Assembly (NCBI GenBank): GCA_964347045.1
Contig: CAYFXC010000026.1
Span: forward strand, 1 to 27,663
Origin: an uncultured archaeon
GTDB lineage: Archaea > Asgardarchaeota > Hermodarchaeia > Hermodarchaeales > Hermodarchaeaceae
DNA length: 27,663 bases
Direction of reading: 5' to 3'
Shown piece by piece: positions 9,123-18,893 of the stretch (positions are counted from its first letter, which is position 1; each line of letters starts with the position of its first letter). The notes under the pieces were generated by a model. The model searched no databases. It was not told the DNA's origin and saw only the letters and a program-made list of their open reading frames with translations. The position numbers and the translations under genes are program-made.

Positions 9123-11090
9123 TCAACAACTTATCGTAGAATATACTTGTTTGACCAACGTTGTTGTAAATGTGCTCATCTGGTCCTCGATCGCTGTATG
9201 AGGAACAATGGGGCTTCCATATTTTAGTAACGCCAACAGCTTTGTGGTGGTAAATCGCGGCTTATGGGTAATAAATGTTAGAACTCGCAGTAGGCGAGTG
9301 ATATCCCGTTCATCGTTTTCGAGGCCTATACTCACGCGGATAAGTCCTGGCAAGATATTACTCATCAGTTCTGGAGTGAAATTAAATAAGACCTTACTAG
9401 AGGCAACTCTGGATGATGAGATTTTCATTAAGCGGCTAACGAGCATGTGGGCACAAAAACAGCCATTACGTACGCCAATTCCGCCAAGCTCCGCTAGTTC
9501 TTTTGCTACAATGTTATGCGGAACTGTTTTCACACTCAACGCAATGATTCCTAACCGTTCTACAAATCGTGGTGACTTCGTATCCTGAAGACCATAGACT
9601 CTAATACCTGGGATTTCCACGAGACCATCCAATGCTTGTTGAGTGAGCTTCCGTTCATACTCTTCGATTATTTTTAAACCGATTCGTTGAAGAAGAAGGA
9701 AGGCTTTCCCCATTGCGGCGATGCCTACCACATTTTCCTCACTAGAAGCTCGGATTTTTGCCAATACTGAAGAATCAAGATCCAAAAGTCCCTTCTTGAC
9801 AATTAAGGCTCCGCTACCAAATGGGGCATAGCTTTTGTGACCTGAGAAGGCAAAATAATCAATGCCGCTTTCTGTCAATGAAATTCGGCGGTGAGCTACC
9901 AGTTGAGCCCCATCGATGACGAGGCGTGCATTATAACGATGGACAATTTCACTGACAGCTTGAAGGTCATTAGTCGTGCCGAGAACGTTAGAGGCTCCAC
10001 TTATTGCCAAAATGCGAATGCGCTTCGTCCCATGCTTCTTTTCCTGATTATATTCGCGCAAAAGCGCTTCAAGCCGATGCAAGTTTAGGAAGCCTGTTTT
10101 ATTGACTGGAAGCTGGATAACTGAAGCGCCAGAGACATACCGCCACGGGAGCTCATTCGAATTGTGCTCTAATAGCGTGGTTACAACGACTGGTGTTGTG
10201 CTTTCTTTTGAATCCGCGGCAAGATTTTGTGCGATGATATTGATGGCTTCGGTGGTATTGGCGGTGAAAATAACTTCATATTCATTCATTGGGGCTCCCA
10301 AAAATTCTGCACAGATTCTGCGAACCTCTTGGATAATTATTGGATACTCAGACTTTGGTTGCCGTAATACCATGCGTACCGTGTTCCATATTGGTGCAAA
10401 GGTAGGTGTGCTAGCGCCATTATCTAAATTTACATAGGGTCGGGCTCCTAACACGGTTGGAACTTGTACATCACCGCCGACTAGAGTTTTGCGGAGCTCC
10501 GACAATAGTGCCGTGCCCGTATATTCAGTTAGATTATCATGATGTAGAATTTCAGAAATCGGAGTGCCTTTGCCTTTTGGTCCTTGGAAAACATCCTTTC
10601 CGCGGTGTTTGACTAACTGAAGAGCTTTGGCTAAGGCAATGGCATTGATAACGCTTGGGGTTCCTGCTTCAAACCGTTTTGGTGTATCCGACCAAACGAC
10701 CGCACCAGAGTAGACCATTCGGACGGTTCCCCCACCGGTATCAAAAATCGGGCTTTTCGGTAACTTCTTTCGCTCAACCGCCACAGCTTGTATTCCAAAG
10801 GGGAGACCTAGTTTATCACTTGACACAATGTGCACACTTTGTGGGTCAAAATACTTTTTGTATGCTTCACTTCTTCGAGGAGTGCAGAAAATCACCTCGT
10901 AGCGGTCTCTATCCAATTCTAAAAGCTCTAGGATAACCACTCTTGCTTGTTCATACATTGTTGTGGTAACCATGGAGTGATGGCCTGTGCCCCGGTGAAC
11001 ATTCGAATATGTTTGTAAGGCTAAATACAAACTGTTCTCCAGTTCTCCTATAGCTTTCTCAAAGCGGTTGCCTGATTTCCGTTTCACCAT
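9123..11090 (-). CDS. Class-V PLP aminotransferase (cysteine desulfurase/selenocysteine lyase-like) with a degenerate N-terminal duplicate domain
   Basis: YVNLDNGAST, NTTEAIN, EHNSN, SGASNVLG, DGAQ, FSGHK (PLP lysine), VRNGCFCAH (catalytic Cys region). Confidence 0.85.
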   Translation of the reverse strand: MVKRKSGNRFEKAIGELENSLYLALQTYSNVHRGTGHHSMVTTTMYEQARVVILELLELDRDRYEVIFCTPRRSEAYKKYFDPQSVHIVSSDKLGLPFGIQAVAVERKKLPKSPIFDTGGGTVRMVYSGAVVWSDTPKRFEAGTPSVINAIALAKALQLVKHRGKDVFQGPKGKGTPISEILHHDNLTEYTGTALLSELRKTLVGGDVQVPTVLGARPYVNLDNGASTPTFAPIWNTVRMVLRQPKSEYPIIIQEVRRICAEFLGAPMNEYEVIFTANTTEAINIIAQNLAADSKESTTPVVVTTLLEHNSNELPWRYVSGASVIQLPVNKTGFLNLHRLEALLREYNQEKKHGTKRIRILAISGASNVLGTTNDLQAVSEIVHRYNARLVIDGAQLVAHRRISLTESGIDYFAFSGHKSYAPFGSGALIVKKGLLDLDSSVLAKIRASSEENVVGIAAMGKAFLLLQRIGLKIIEEYERKLTQQALDGLVEIPGIRVYGLQDTKSPRFVERLGIIALSVKTVPHNIVAKELAELGGIGVRNGCFCAHMLVSRLMKISSSRVASSKVLFNFTPELMSNILPGLIRVSIGLENDERDITRLLRVLTFITHKPRFTTTKLLALLKYGSPIVPHTAIEDQMSTFTTTLVKQVYSTISC

Positions 11091-11190
11091 AGTCTACAAG
11101 CTCAACGAATTAAATAACTGCTAAATAGCAACAAAGCTCCTACAAAAACTCTGAGGTTGGAGACGTATTTAACCGGAAGAGCAAATGGCG

Positions 11191-12651
11191 CTACTGAATC
11201 TGGGCAAGCCGTTTGGCAAACTGTTTCTTATTTTCTATATTAGCAAGTCGATTTATCATAATGCGTTGTGCTTGAGGGGATCCTGCACCATGCATTGATT
11301 CCGTTAAGTAGCCTACTGCTGCGCGCCCTAATGTGAGGTTCTCAATCAGTCGCAAGATTTTGATCCGGTTGATGGTGCTGACTTCTTCAACTCCGATGAG
11401 ATACTTTTCGATGATGTCTCGGGTTTCCGGGTTCTGTAATTCCTTGGCACTGGGGCACGTGACAAATAATCCACCTGCGATGTCTTGCAGTAATCGTGCA
11501 ATTTCGAAGGGAAATCGTGTTACATTCTGTTTACACACATTTGCCAACAAAATGTCGACGAGGTAGTTTCCTGCTGGAGTAGCATTGCCACAGCTGGAAC
11601 AAGCCATTCCGCAGGCAAATAGCGTTTCATTTAGATGCACCATTTCTGTGAGTTTATCTTTGATATGCGATGCCTTCTCAACACCGTTATATTCGGCAAT
11701 GGTAGCCGCTGCACCAATCAGGACATCCCCAACGCCCACTTTGCAGCCCCCGTAGCTTTGGCGGTGATATGCCGCAAAACTTTCGACAAGGCGCCCACAG
11801 AATTCAGTCTCGCCATTCATGAAAATTCGCTCTGTGGGTACAAAGACATCTTCAAAGATTACCAGACATTCTTGTCCACCGAATTCAGGGTTCCCACAGT
11901 CAATATCTCCTTCCGTGCTCTGGTCCAATCGGCGTAAATCACTGGCCTGTCTTCCATAGAAATAGGTGATTCCTTCGGCGTCCGCGGGAACTGCGCAACA
12001 GATCGTGAACGCCTTTTCCTCATTACGCATCGCGATGGTAGGCATAATCAAATGTTCATGCGAGTTCACAGCACCCGTTTGGTGTGCTTTCGCCCCCCGG
12101 ATGATTACTCCACCATCACGTCGATCGACCACATGCACGAAGACGTCAGGATCCTTTTGTTCCGAAGGTCGCTTACTCCGATCACCTTTGGGGTCCGTCA
12201 TGCAGCCATCAATGACCCAGTCATGGGTTTCAGCTTGTTTCACATACTCACTGAAACGTTTATGATACTGTGTTTGATGCTTTTGGTCAATTTCATAGGT
12301 TGTCAGATACACTGCATTCAGTGCATCCATTCCTACGCAACGTTGGAAGCAGGTCCCACACTGTTGTCCCAGCAGCCGCAGCATTTGCACCTTCTTTTCA
12401 AGATCCTCGGTGCTTTGGTGCAAATGGCAAAACCGATTTATCCGATTCCCCGTCAACGATGACGTCGCCGTCATCACATCTTGCACCTGCGGGTTATGTG
12501 CCAAATCATAGGTCAAAGCCACGGAATTGATTGACGCCTGCACAATCGGATGCTTCAACGGGTCTTTGAGCCGCTCACCAGTAAAATACACTTTCAATGG
12601 GCCCCGTTTTCTAAGACTCTTTCGATACTCGTCACCAGTCATAAGCACCAT
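11191..12651 (-). CDS. abfD: 4-hydroxybutyryl-CoA dehydratase / vinylacetyl-CoA isomerase
   Basis: CFQRCVGMD and YHRQSYGGCK Fe-S ligand motifs, MTDPKGDRS, ESMHGAGSPQAQ. Confidence 0.92.
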   Translation of the reverse strand: MVLMTGDEYRKSLRKRGPLKVYFTGERLKDPLKHPIVQASINSVALTYDLAHNPQVQDVMTATSSLTGNRINRFCHLHQSTEDLEKKVQMLRLLGQQCGTCFQRCVGMDALNAVYLTTYEIDQKHQTQYHKRFSEYVKQAETHDWVIDGCMTDPKGDRSKRPSEQKDPDVFVHVVDRRDGGVIIRGAKAHQTGAVNSHEHLIMPTIAMRNEEKAFTICCAVPADAEGITYFYGRQASDLRRLDQSTEGDIDCGNPEFGGQECLVIFEDVFVPTERIFMNGETEFCGRLVESFAAYHRQSYGGCKVGVGDVLIGAAATIAEYNGVEKASHIKDKLTEMVHLNETLFACGMACSSCGNATPAGNYLVDILLANVCKQNVTRFPFEIARLLQDIAGGLFVTCPSAKELQNPETRDIIEKYLIGVEEVSTINRIKILRLIENLTLGRAAVGYLTESMHGAGSPQAQRIMINRLANIENKKQFAKRLAQIQ

Positions 12652-12780
12652 ACAATTTCACCCTGATACAAACATCAGATACCGCATACCTGTGTAGAAA
12701 CACTACTTGTGCATTTCTCATCGAATACACCATTACTGAGAGTTAGGGGGCAAGAGGGCGTTCATAATCTATGGTTTTGA

Positions 12781-13683
12781 TTACTTTGCATGCTGTGTAA
12801 TTGCGGCGATAATTTGAGGTGCTACTGCTACCGGAATATCATGTCCCATGCCTTCGATAATGACTAATTTTGCTCCGGGGATGGATGCCGCCGTATCCTT
12901 GCCGGCTTCAACTGGAACCAATGGATCGGCATTTCCATGAATGATCAGAGTGGGAACTTGCACGTTTTTCAATGCCTCAGTACGGCTTCCCGAAGCAAGA
13001 ATAGCTGCCAACTGTCGCATTGTGCCTTGCGGATAAAAACTCCGGTCAAAGGCCCGACCCCCTAGCTCACGAACAGCAGCCTCATCTATAGGGTAATGCG
13101 GTCCAGACAAGATCTGTTGTCGCTGCACGGTATACTCAATGAACTCTGCACGAGTATCCGGCGGGATTTGTTGCAATAACATCAAGGCTTCAGGTTTCGG
13201 TGGGGGCAAATCCGGGTTCCCCGTCGACGACATAATTGAGGTTAACGTCCGCACTCGTTTCGGAAAATGGATAGCAACTAACTGGGCAATCATCCCACCC
13301 ATCGAGACTCCAACCACATGAGCCACCTCAATATTTAACACATCAAGGAGCCCTACGGCATCCTTCGCCATATCTACTACCTTATACGGAGCCGAAACTG
13401 CAACCCCTTGTTGTGCTTCCTGCAACAGGGTTATCACATTCGGTATCCCGGCTTCCTCGAATTTCGTTGATTTTCCGACATCCCGATTATCATACCTGAT
13501 GACCCAATACCCCAAGGATGCAATTTGCTCACAGAATACTTCTTGCCATCGAATCATCTGTGCACCAAGCCCCATAATCAAAAGCATCGCAGGGTCTGTC
13601 GGCTTCCCAAAACTGTCATAGCATAGTTCCACACCATTAATCTTTACGAGCTTTTCTTTACTCTGCGTAGCTTTATTCAACAC
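12781..13683 (-). CDS. Alpha/beta hydrolase (esterase-like)
   Basis: LIMGLG, RYDNRDVG, nucleophile elbow GVSMGG, IHGNADPLV, GMGHD. Confidence 0.92.
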   Translation of the reverse strand: MLNKATQSKEKLVKINGVELCYDSFGKPTDPAMLLIMGLGAQMIRWQEVFCEQIASLGYWVIRYDNRDVGKSTKFEEAGIPNVITLLQEAQQGVAVSAPYKVVDMAKDAVGLLDVLNIEVAHVVGVSMGGMIAQLVAIHFPKRVRTLTSIMSSTGNPDLPPPKPEALMLLQQIPPDTRAEFIEYTVQRQQILSGPHYPIDEAAVRELGGRAFDRSFYPQGTMRQLAAILASGSRTEALKNVQVPTLIIHGNADPLVPVEAGKDTAASIPGAKLVIIEGMGHDIPVAVAPQIIAAITQHAK

Positions 13684-13802
13684 AATCCCCCGCTGATAAT
13701 ATTTCCTTCCACGGCTATAATCATTATCTCAGAGCGCTTCTACGCATCCTAGTCTTCCACCCTATCATTAGACCTCGAAACAAAAAAATCTAGCATGAAC
13801 TG

Positions 13803-13868
13803 AAAAGTGACTGTACACGACACCGCGAATCGTCTAACAATGGTGCTCCTAAAGCAAGCCATCCAAAG
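13803..13868 (-). repeat. Degenerate partial copy of the 16S-trailer repeat
   Basis: aaaagtgactgtacacgacaccgcgaatcgtctaacaatggtgctcct aligns by eye with 23803 aaaagtgatcgtccacaccagcggatcgtacaacacctgtgttgct. Confidence 0.6.
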
Positions 13869-14023
13869 TTAGTTTTTGGGTCTAACGAGTTTAAAAGAAT
13901 AATTAGAGTTTTCTCAATAATATTCCTAAATCGAAAGAATGACCAATGCCTTCTTTAACTCGCTGACGTACTTCTAGCTTTCACATTCTAGGTGTGATAC
14001 TACTCTTCAGCGGGTGAAAAGGA

Positions 14024-14848
14024 ATGAAAAAATCTCATACAATATGCCTGTTTTTACTCGGATTACTCGTTGCATTCTCTCAGACACCGATAGTCCTAAA
14101 TCAACGAGTTTCCGGATCCACCGAACAGTTTCTTGTTCCCATCGATTTGGTACCTAATTGGGATTTCGCCGACACTGAACCTGGTGGCTGGGATGGGAAT
14201 GACCATAATGTGTCTAAACCCACTTTTTGGCACTTCAGCGGAGATACTAACGGTCCTAAAGAACAATATCAGGTCATCAATGATACAGAAAACGACGGTG
14301 ACGCCGATACCCTGTTCATTCAACCTACTCGCACAAACCAAGAACATACCATTATGTTTTGGCAAGATTTCACTCCACTCGATATCAACAGCGTAACCAT
14401 CCAGTATCGGAGTTGCGCCACCGGGCCCTCCGCCGTCATTCTGCTTTATGGACTAAATGACAGTGTCACATCGGACACACCCCTCCCCAACGGCACACTT
14501 CCTTGTCTAACTTATCTCAATCCCGTCTTTAACGAAACTCCCGGTTATTGGTGCAACTACACCACAGTAACTGTCTCCCTTTCAAATCTTAGCAATTCTT
14601 ATCATCATTATCGTATTCACTGGCAAATAATCGAAGCCCCTGGAAAACCTGACGCTCAACTTTACATTGCTTACTGCCGGGTCACCGGAAATCAGATTCC
14701 ACTCCCGCCTCTCCCACCGTTCCTTTGGTCATTACCAACCATTCACGTGCTCATCATCGTAATTGCTACAATCGTGATCTTTGTCATCATGGCACTCTTC
14801 TACCTCAAGCAAGAAGGCAAACTCCATTTTCCCAAAATTGGTCAATAG
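14024..14848 (+). CDS. Secreted/surface protein with C-terminal membrane anchor, probably N-glycosylated
   Basis: Signal-like N-terminus, sequons NVS, NDT, NDS, NGT, NET, NYT and NLS, Pro-rich linker, C-terminal TM helix. Confidence 0.75.
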   Translation: MKKSHTICLFLLGLLVAFSQTPIVLNQRVSGSTEQFLVPIDLVPNWDFADTEPGGWDGNDHNVSKPTFWHFSGDTNGPKEQYQVINDTENDGDADTLFIQPTRTNQEHTIMFWQDFTPLDINSVTIQYRSCATGPSAVILLYGLNDSVTSDTPLPNGTLPCLTYLNPVFNETPGYWCNYTTVTVSLSNLSNSYHHYRIHWQIIEAPGKPDAQLYIAYCRVTGNQIPLPPLPPFLWSLPTIHVLIIVIATIVIFVIMALFYLKQEGKLHFPKIGQ

Positions 14849-14859
14849 GGCTTGGCTGG

Positions 14860-14952
14860 AAACGTAGGCGTCCATCCCCTCAGATCAAAATCCACTGCTT
14901 TTTCCAGCGCATAACATCGTTCCAAGATGTTCTGAACGACATATCAGAGAAG
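14860..14952 (-). repeat. Internally deleted copy of the 16S-trailer repeat
   Basis: aaacgtaggcgtccatcccc..agat...cac...tttccagc matches the 20405 copy. tccaagatg...agag matches the 25175 copy. Confidence 0.7.
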
Positions 14953-14969
14953 TTCAATTTAGAAATGGT

Positions 14970-15524
14970 TCAGATACGCTTTTCCTGAGCCTTTTCAGCG
15001 CGTCGCCATGGTCGAGGAATAATCAACGGCGTTGTCTTCTTGTAGACGCGGTACGCATCACCAAACCGTTTCTCCAACTTTGGCTCTTCAAGCCGTTTCA
15101 ACCACACCCAGAATAGGAAAAACGCTACCAGCGGCACAACAATGATTGCCGTGATCGACTGTACCAACCAACCAATCCCGCTGAGCAGGATTAAAAATCC
15201 CAGTATCATTGGATTTCGCGTATATCTATACAATCCCGTTGTCACCAATTCCGTTGACTGCGCGGCTTCATCTATATCCCCCCACGGGAATCCTTTCCCA
15301 GCTCGATATAACTGATACATTGACCCCAAAGATAACGTTGCGGCAATCGCAAGAGCACCTATTCCAATAATGAGATTGAATGGAAAAGGAGGGAACATTG
15401 GCAACCATAGCACGGCATCCACGACTTTTCCCACCCAAAATGTTGTCAACGGAATTACAACTAAAAATAACAAGACCACAAAGGGTATCACCCGCCTTGA
15501 TAACTTGCGTTCTCGCTGTTCCAT
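14970..15524 (-). CDS. Isoprenylcysteine carboxyl methyltransferase / PEMT-like membrane protein
   Basis: LVTTGLYRYTRNPM, EEPKLEKRFGDAYRVYKKTTP.IP. Confidence 0.9.
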   Translation of the reverse strand: MEQRERKLSRRVIPFVVLLFLVVIPLTTFWVGKVVDAVLWLPMFPPFPFNLIIGIGALAIAATLSLGSMYQLYRAGKGFPWGDIDEAAQSTELVTTGLYRYTRNPMILGFLILLSGIGWLVQSITAIIVVPLVAFFLFWVWLKRLEEPKLEKRFGDAYRVYKKTTPLIIPRPWRRAEKAQEKRI

Positions 15525-15567
15525 CTTTTATTCCTCTATCTACGCATACATTACTCAATAACGCTGA

Positions 15568-16047
15568 TTAACTTTTCATTTGTCGGCGAAAACGATAGGC
15601 GAGTCCAAATATTATCAAGGTCATGACGGTTCCAAGAATCGCTGCGATGCTAAAGTGGAGCAGCAGAATTTCACCGGCGAACAAAAAAAACCGGACAATG
15701 AAGTACATTAGAACCCAATAGATGGGGCTTGTGATGAGTCCCGGTGAAAACTTGCGTAGTGCAATACTTTGAATCAGATGCCAGAGTCCATTGGTCACAA
15801 ACATGAAGGCAAAACTCAACGGCCATATCACCCACACCCCTCTAAAGATCTCAAACATAACTATACCCGCCACAAACACCAGAAAGATCATGAGATTGAA
15901 TCCAAAGAACATCCGCCCTGAATATTCCGGGTAAAAGGTCTCCTGCATCATCTTCACAAACCCTTCTCCCACAGCCACCTCTTCAATAACATGCACACAA
16001 TAAGCCATCACGTACCCCCAAAACACAACACTCAACGATATTTCCAT
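15568..16047 (-). CDS. HXXEE domain membrane protein
   Basis: HVIEE, NGLWH, FSPGLITS. Start placed at ATG 16047; the ORF track extends to 16089. Confidence 0.8.
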   Translation of the reverse strand: MEISLSVVFWGYVMAYCVHVIEEVAVGEGFVKMMQETFYPEYSGRMFFGFNLMIFLVFVAGIVMFEIFRGVWVIWPLSFAFMFVTNGLWHLIQSIALRKFSPGLITSPIYWVLMYFIVRFFLFAGEILLLHFSIAAILGTVMTLIIFGLAYRFRRQMKS

Positions 16048-16244
16048 CAATGGACGATTCACCAAACAACACATACAGCTACCTACCAACTGCTAAAAAA
16101 GACTAGCAGTGCGCATTCATCCCATCCGTATTAGAAGAGTCCAAAGAGTGGACAAAAATCGCTATCAACTAATCATGGTTTCGAAATTTTCTCATTCAAA
16201 GTTATCTTTTGTTTCATATTTTGAAGGAAGCTTTGGAACTGCAT

Positions 16245-16279
16245 AAAAAAGAAAGAGGGGGTGCGAGTTGCACCCTTTC
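16245..16279 (-). terminator. Hairpin plus U-tract, probable terminator of the 16338 gene
   Basis: Minus strand reads GGGTGC-AACTC-GCACCC followed by CCTCTTTCTTTTTT, ~60 nt after the stop codon. Confidence 0.5.
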
Positions 16280-16337
16280 AAATACAAAATAGGGGTTTAC
16301 CGCTGTTAACTAGCAATACTAGAGCATTTTGTTCAGT

Positions 16338-17070
16338 TCAAGACTTCGCTGCTCTTAGAATCCGTCCTTGGAAGAAATAGCTGATCAGGATAAGGTACCA
16401 GCCAATTGCAAGGGCACTGACGAGCATGGTTGCTTCAGCGCTGAAGAACTCGGTGAAACCCGGAAGACCATAAAGCCACCCACCGAAGAGCATAGTCAAC
16501 CCAATGGCCCAGAGGAGGGTTCCAAGCATAAACACCCATATCCATATCACTCGGGGCGACCCTCGCATTCTATCCTGTCGCGTGTACTGAAACACAGCGT
16601 ACAGGGGAATCAGGATCATATAGAGTATGACAAGAACGAGCGCTGTCGCGAGCCAGGCTGTACCATACAGTGGAAAAGAGATAGCGAAAGCACTGACCAT
16701 CAGACCCACATAGGCGATGAACCCAATGAGGGGAAGAATCACTATCCATTTGCGTTCATTAAAGAAGTCAGGAAAGGCTAGGATAATCGCATAGAGCACG
16801 ATGAGCAATACATAAAATCCCTTCATGCCGAAGTCGACCTACCGGCCCCATAGTAGCCAATCTGACGGGGCGATTATACCCCATTTAGCTAATTGGATCG
16901 CTACCTGGGCAACCAACACACTAAGGAAAATTAAAAATCCTAAAAAGGAGAGTGTCCTACTTCTCCCAGAGCTAGCAAAGACGCCTCACAACATGAGGAC
17001 AACCAACAGGACAACTGGAATTAAACCCAGTAATCCTATACTGTGTACAAAAAGTTCAAATTGTATCCAA
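16338..17070 (-). pseudogene. Multi-pass membrane protein with two in-frame stops in its 5' third
   Basis: The frame of ORF 16338..16826 continues upstream as hydrophobic sequence (IQFELFVHSIGLLGLIPVVLLVVLML*GVF...LLWGR*VDFGMKGF), with TGA at 16986-16988 and TAG at 16839-16841. The 5' end is approximate. Confidence 0.6.
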
Positions 17071-17392
17071 AAATCCTCCGTAACCGCCCGCTACGATAGA
17101 ACTGGGACTTAAATTACTACTATAATAACAAGAATATCGGTTTCAACCAAAATTTTAGCCTAAACACAAGCAAGCACATCAACTGCTCGAGGAACACGAC
17201 AATAATCCACTCTACGAAATTACAATGCGTAAACCTCCCCTGCTTTAGTGTTGGAGCAAAGCCGAAGAAGCTCATTCCTAATTAATATTTCAAAGAATTG
17301 GTGTGACGACAAACGGCTTCAAAAGATATGTTTATTATAACTAGGTTTTGGAATAATATTCTCCAATCTAGAACTTTATGGAAGCCAGAACC

Positions 17393-18040
17393 ATGAGCTG
17401 TTGTCAACGGCAAATCCTCGAAACCACCTTCGATCAGAGCGTGGCAGAAACCGAACTCAAGCAGTATAGGGAGAAGGGAATGATTAAAACCACCCGACTT
17501 CTCGTTGACGCACTTAAAAGCCAAGGCGTGAAGGGGAAAACGCTACTCGATATTGGTGGCGGAATCGGAGTAATTCAGCACGAATTATTAAAATCTGGTT
17601 TGCGTCACAGCATTAACGCCGAAGTCTCCCAAGCGTATATTGAGGCGACGAAGCAGGAAGCCGCGCGTCAAGGGCATGAAGACCGCATTAGTCATCATCA
17701 TGGCGATTTTGTCGACCTTGCTCATACGATTTCTTCCAGCGATATTGTAACACTTGACAAAGTTATTTGTTGTTACCACGATTGGCAGAGCCTTGTGGAA
17801 CAATCCTCCTCACTTGCCCGCAACTTATATGGCATCGTAATTCCGCGGACGAATTTAATGAGTAAACTCTCCATCGGGTGGGGGAATTTCATCCTATGGA
17901 TAAGACGCCACCCATTTCGAACCCGTATCCACCCCGTCGACGCTATTGATACGATGCTTCAAGGCAAGGGCTTCAAACAACGGGTTCATCAAAAAACCTT
18001 TATCTGGCATATGATAGTCTATTCGCGCGAACCCTCATAG
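17393..18040 (+). CDS. Class I SAM-dependent methyltransferase (BchM-like)
   Basis: LLDIGGGIG, GDFVD, DIVTLDKVICCY. Start at MSCCQ (alternative start 17378). Confidence 0.85.
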   Translation: MSCCQRQILETTFDQSVAETELKQYREKGMIKTTRLLVDALKSQGVKGKTLLDIGGGIGVIQHELLKSGLRHSINAEVSQAYIEATKQEAARQGHEDRISHHHGDFVDLAHTISSSDIVTLDKVICCYHDWQSLVEQSSSLARNLYGIVIPRTNLMSKLSIGWGNFILWIRRHPFRTRIHPVDAIDTMLQGKGFKQRVHQKTFIWHMIVYSREPS

Positions 18041-18078
18041 GAAACATGTAATAACCGGTACATCTTGAACCATGAACC

Positions 18079-18654
18079 ATGAACAAACATACTCTGGGCC
18101 CGAAAGCGGTTTTGTACCCGATGCCAACGGTTCTCGTTGGAGCAAATGTTGAAGGCAAACCCAATTTTATAACAATCGCTTATTGTGGTATTCTGAGTGG
18201 GACTCCTCCAATCATTTATGTTTCCATTTATGGGACGAAGAAAAAAACGAGTCTAGGCATCACGGAAAATGGTACCTTCAGTGTCAACATTCCCTCCGTA
18301 GAGATGGTCACCATCACCGATTATGTGGGAATATACTCCGGACACACCGTGGATAAATCTACTCTCTTTGAAACCTTTTATGGACAATTGAAGACCGCTC
18401 CAATGATTACCGATTGCCCTCTTAACCTGGAATGTAAACTGATCGACGCACCCACCTACGGAACCCACACCGTCTTCATAGGGGAAATCACCGAAGTCTA
18501 TACCCAAGAGCGGTTCCTCACCGATAACACCCCTGATATCACAAAAATTAACCCAATTGTTTATGCCACTGGAACTAAAACCTACCACCAAGTCGGACAA
18601 CTCATTGCCCATGCCTTCTCTATCGGTAAACAACTGAAATCCAACATCCAATAA
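18079..18654 (+). CDS. Flavin reductase-like / flavoredoxin family protein
   Basis: YPMPTVLVGA, GTFSVNIPS, YVGIYSG, APMITDCPLNLECK, HTVFIGEI. Confidence 0.92.
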   Translation: MNKHTLGPKAVLYPMPTVLVGANVEGKPNFITIAYCGILSGTPPIIYVSIYGTKKKTSLGITENGTFSVNIPSVEMVTITDYVGIYSGHTVDKSTLFETFYGQLKTAPMITDCPLNLECKLIDAPTYGTHTVFIGEITEVYTQERFLTDNTPDITKINPIVYATGTKTYHQVGQLIAHAFSIGKQLKSNIQ

Positions 18655-18753
18655 AAGAAAATAAAACCATTATCGAACCTCAATTACGCCCTAAAGGGTA
18701 CTTCACTCAACCCCATTTATTTACCTAATCAGAAATATTACAATGAGACAATT

Positions 18754-18795
18754 TGGTCATCAGCCACAACCAGAAGACTAGCATTTGTTTTTCTC
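18754..18795 (-). repeat. Weak partial copy of the 16S-trailer repeat
   Basis: tggtcatcagccacaac...gcatttgtttttc compared with consensus tggtcgtccaccacaac...acactagtttttcc. Confidence 0.4.
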
Positions 18796-18841
18796 CTCTT
18801 GGCTTTTTTTAGATATTCTCATTCTGCTTTGGGTGTGAAGG

Positions 18842-18882
18842 AAAAAATGGAGGATAGAAATCCTCCGACGTGGAGGATTTCT
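18842..18882 (-). terminator. 11-bp inverted repeat plus U-tract downstream of the 18894 gene
   Basis: agaaatcctcc (18856-18866) pairs with ggaggatttct (18872-18882). T6 on the minus strand at 18842-18847. Confidence 0.5.
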
Positions 18883-18893
18883 CTTGTGAGGTG

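Noticed and set aside
11191-12651. AbfD as evidence for an autotrophic 4-hydroxybutyrate cycle
   Set aside because: It is a stand-alone gene that is also used in fermentation, and no other cycle enzymes are in the window.
16825-17112. 95-aa plus-strand ORF
   Set aside because: It is the antisense shadow of the hydrophobic pseudogene frame.
17206-17230. Possible further repeat relics (tccactctacgaaattacaa; also ~16108 and ~26102)
   Set aside because: The similarity is too short to distinguish from chance without a profile search.
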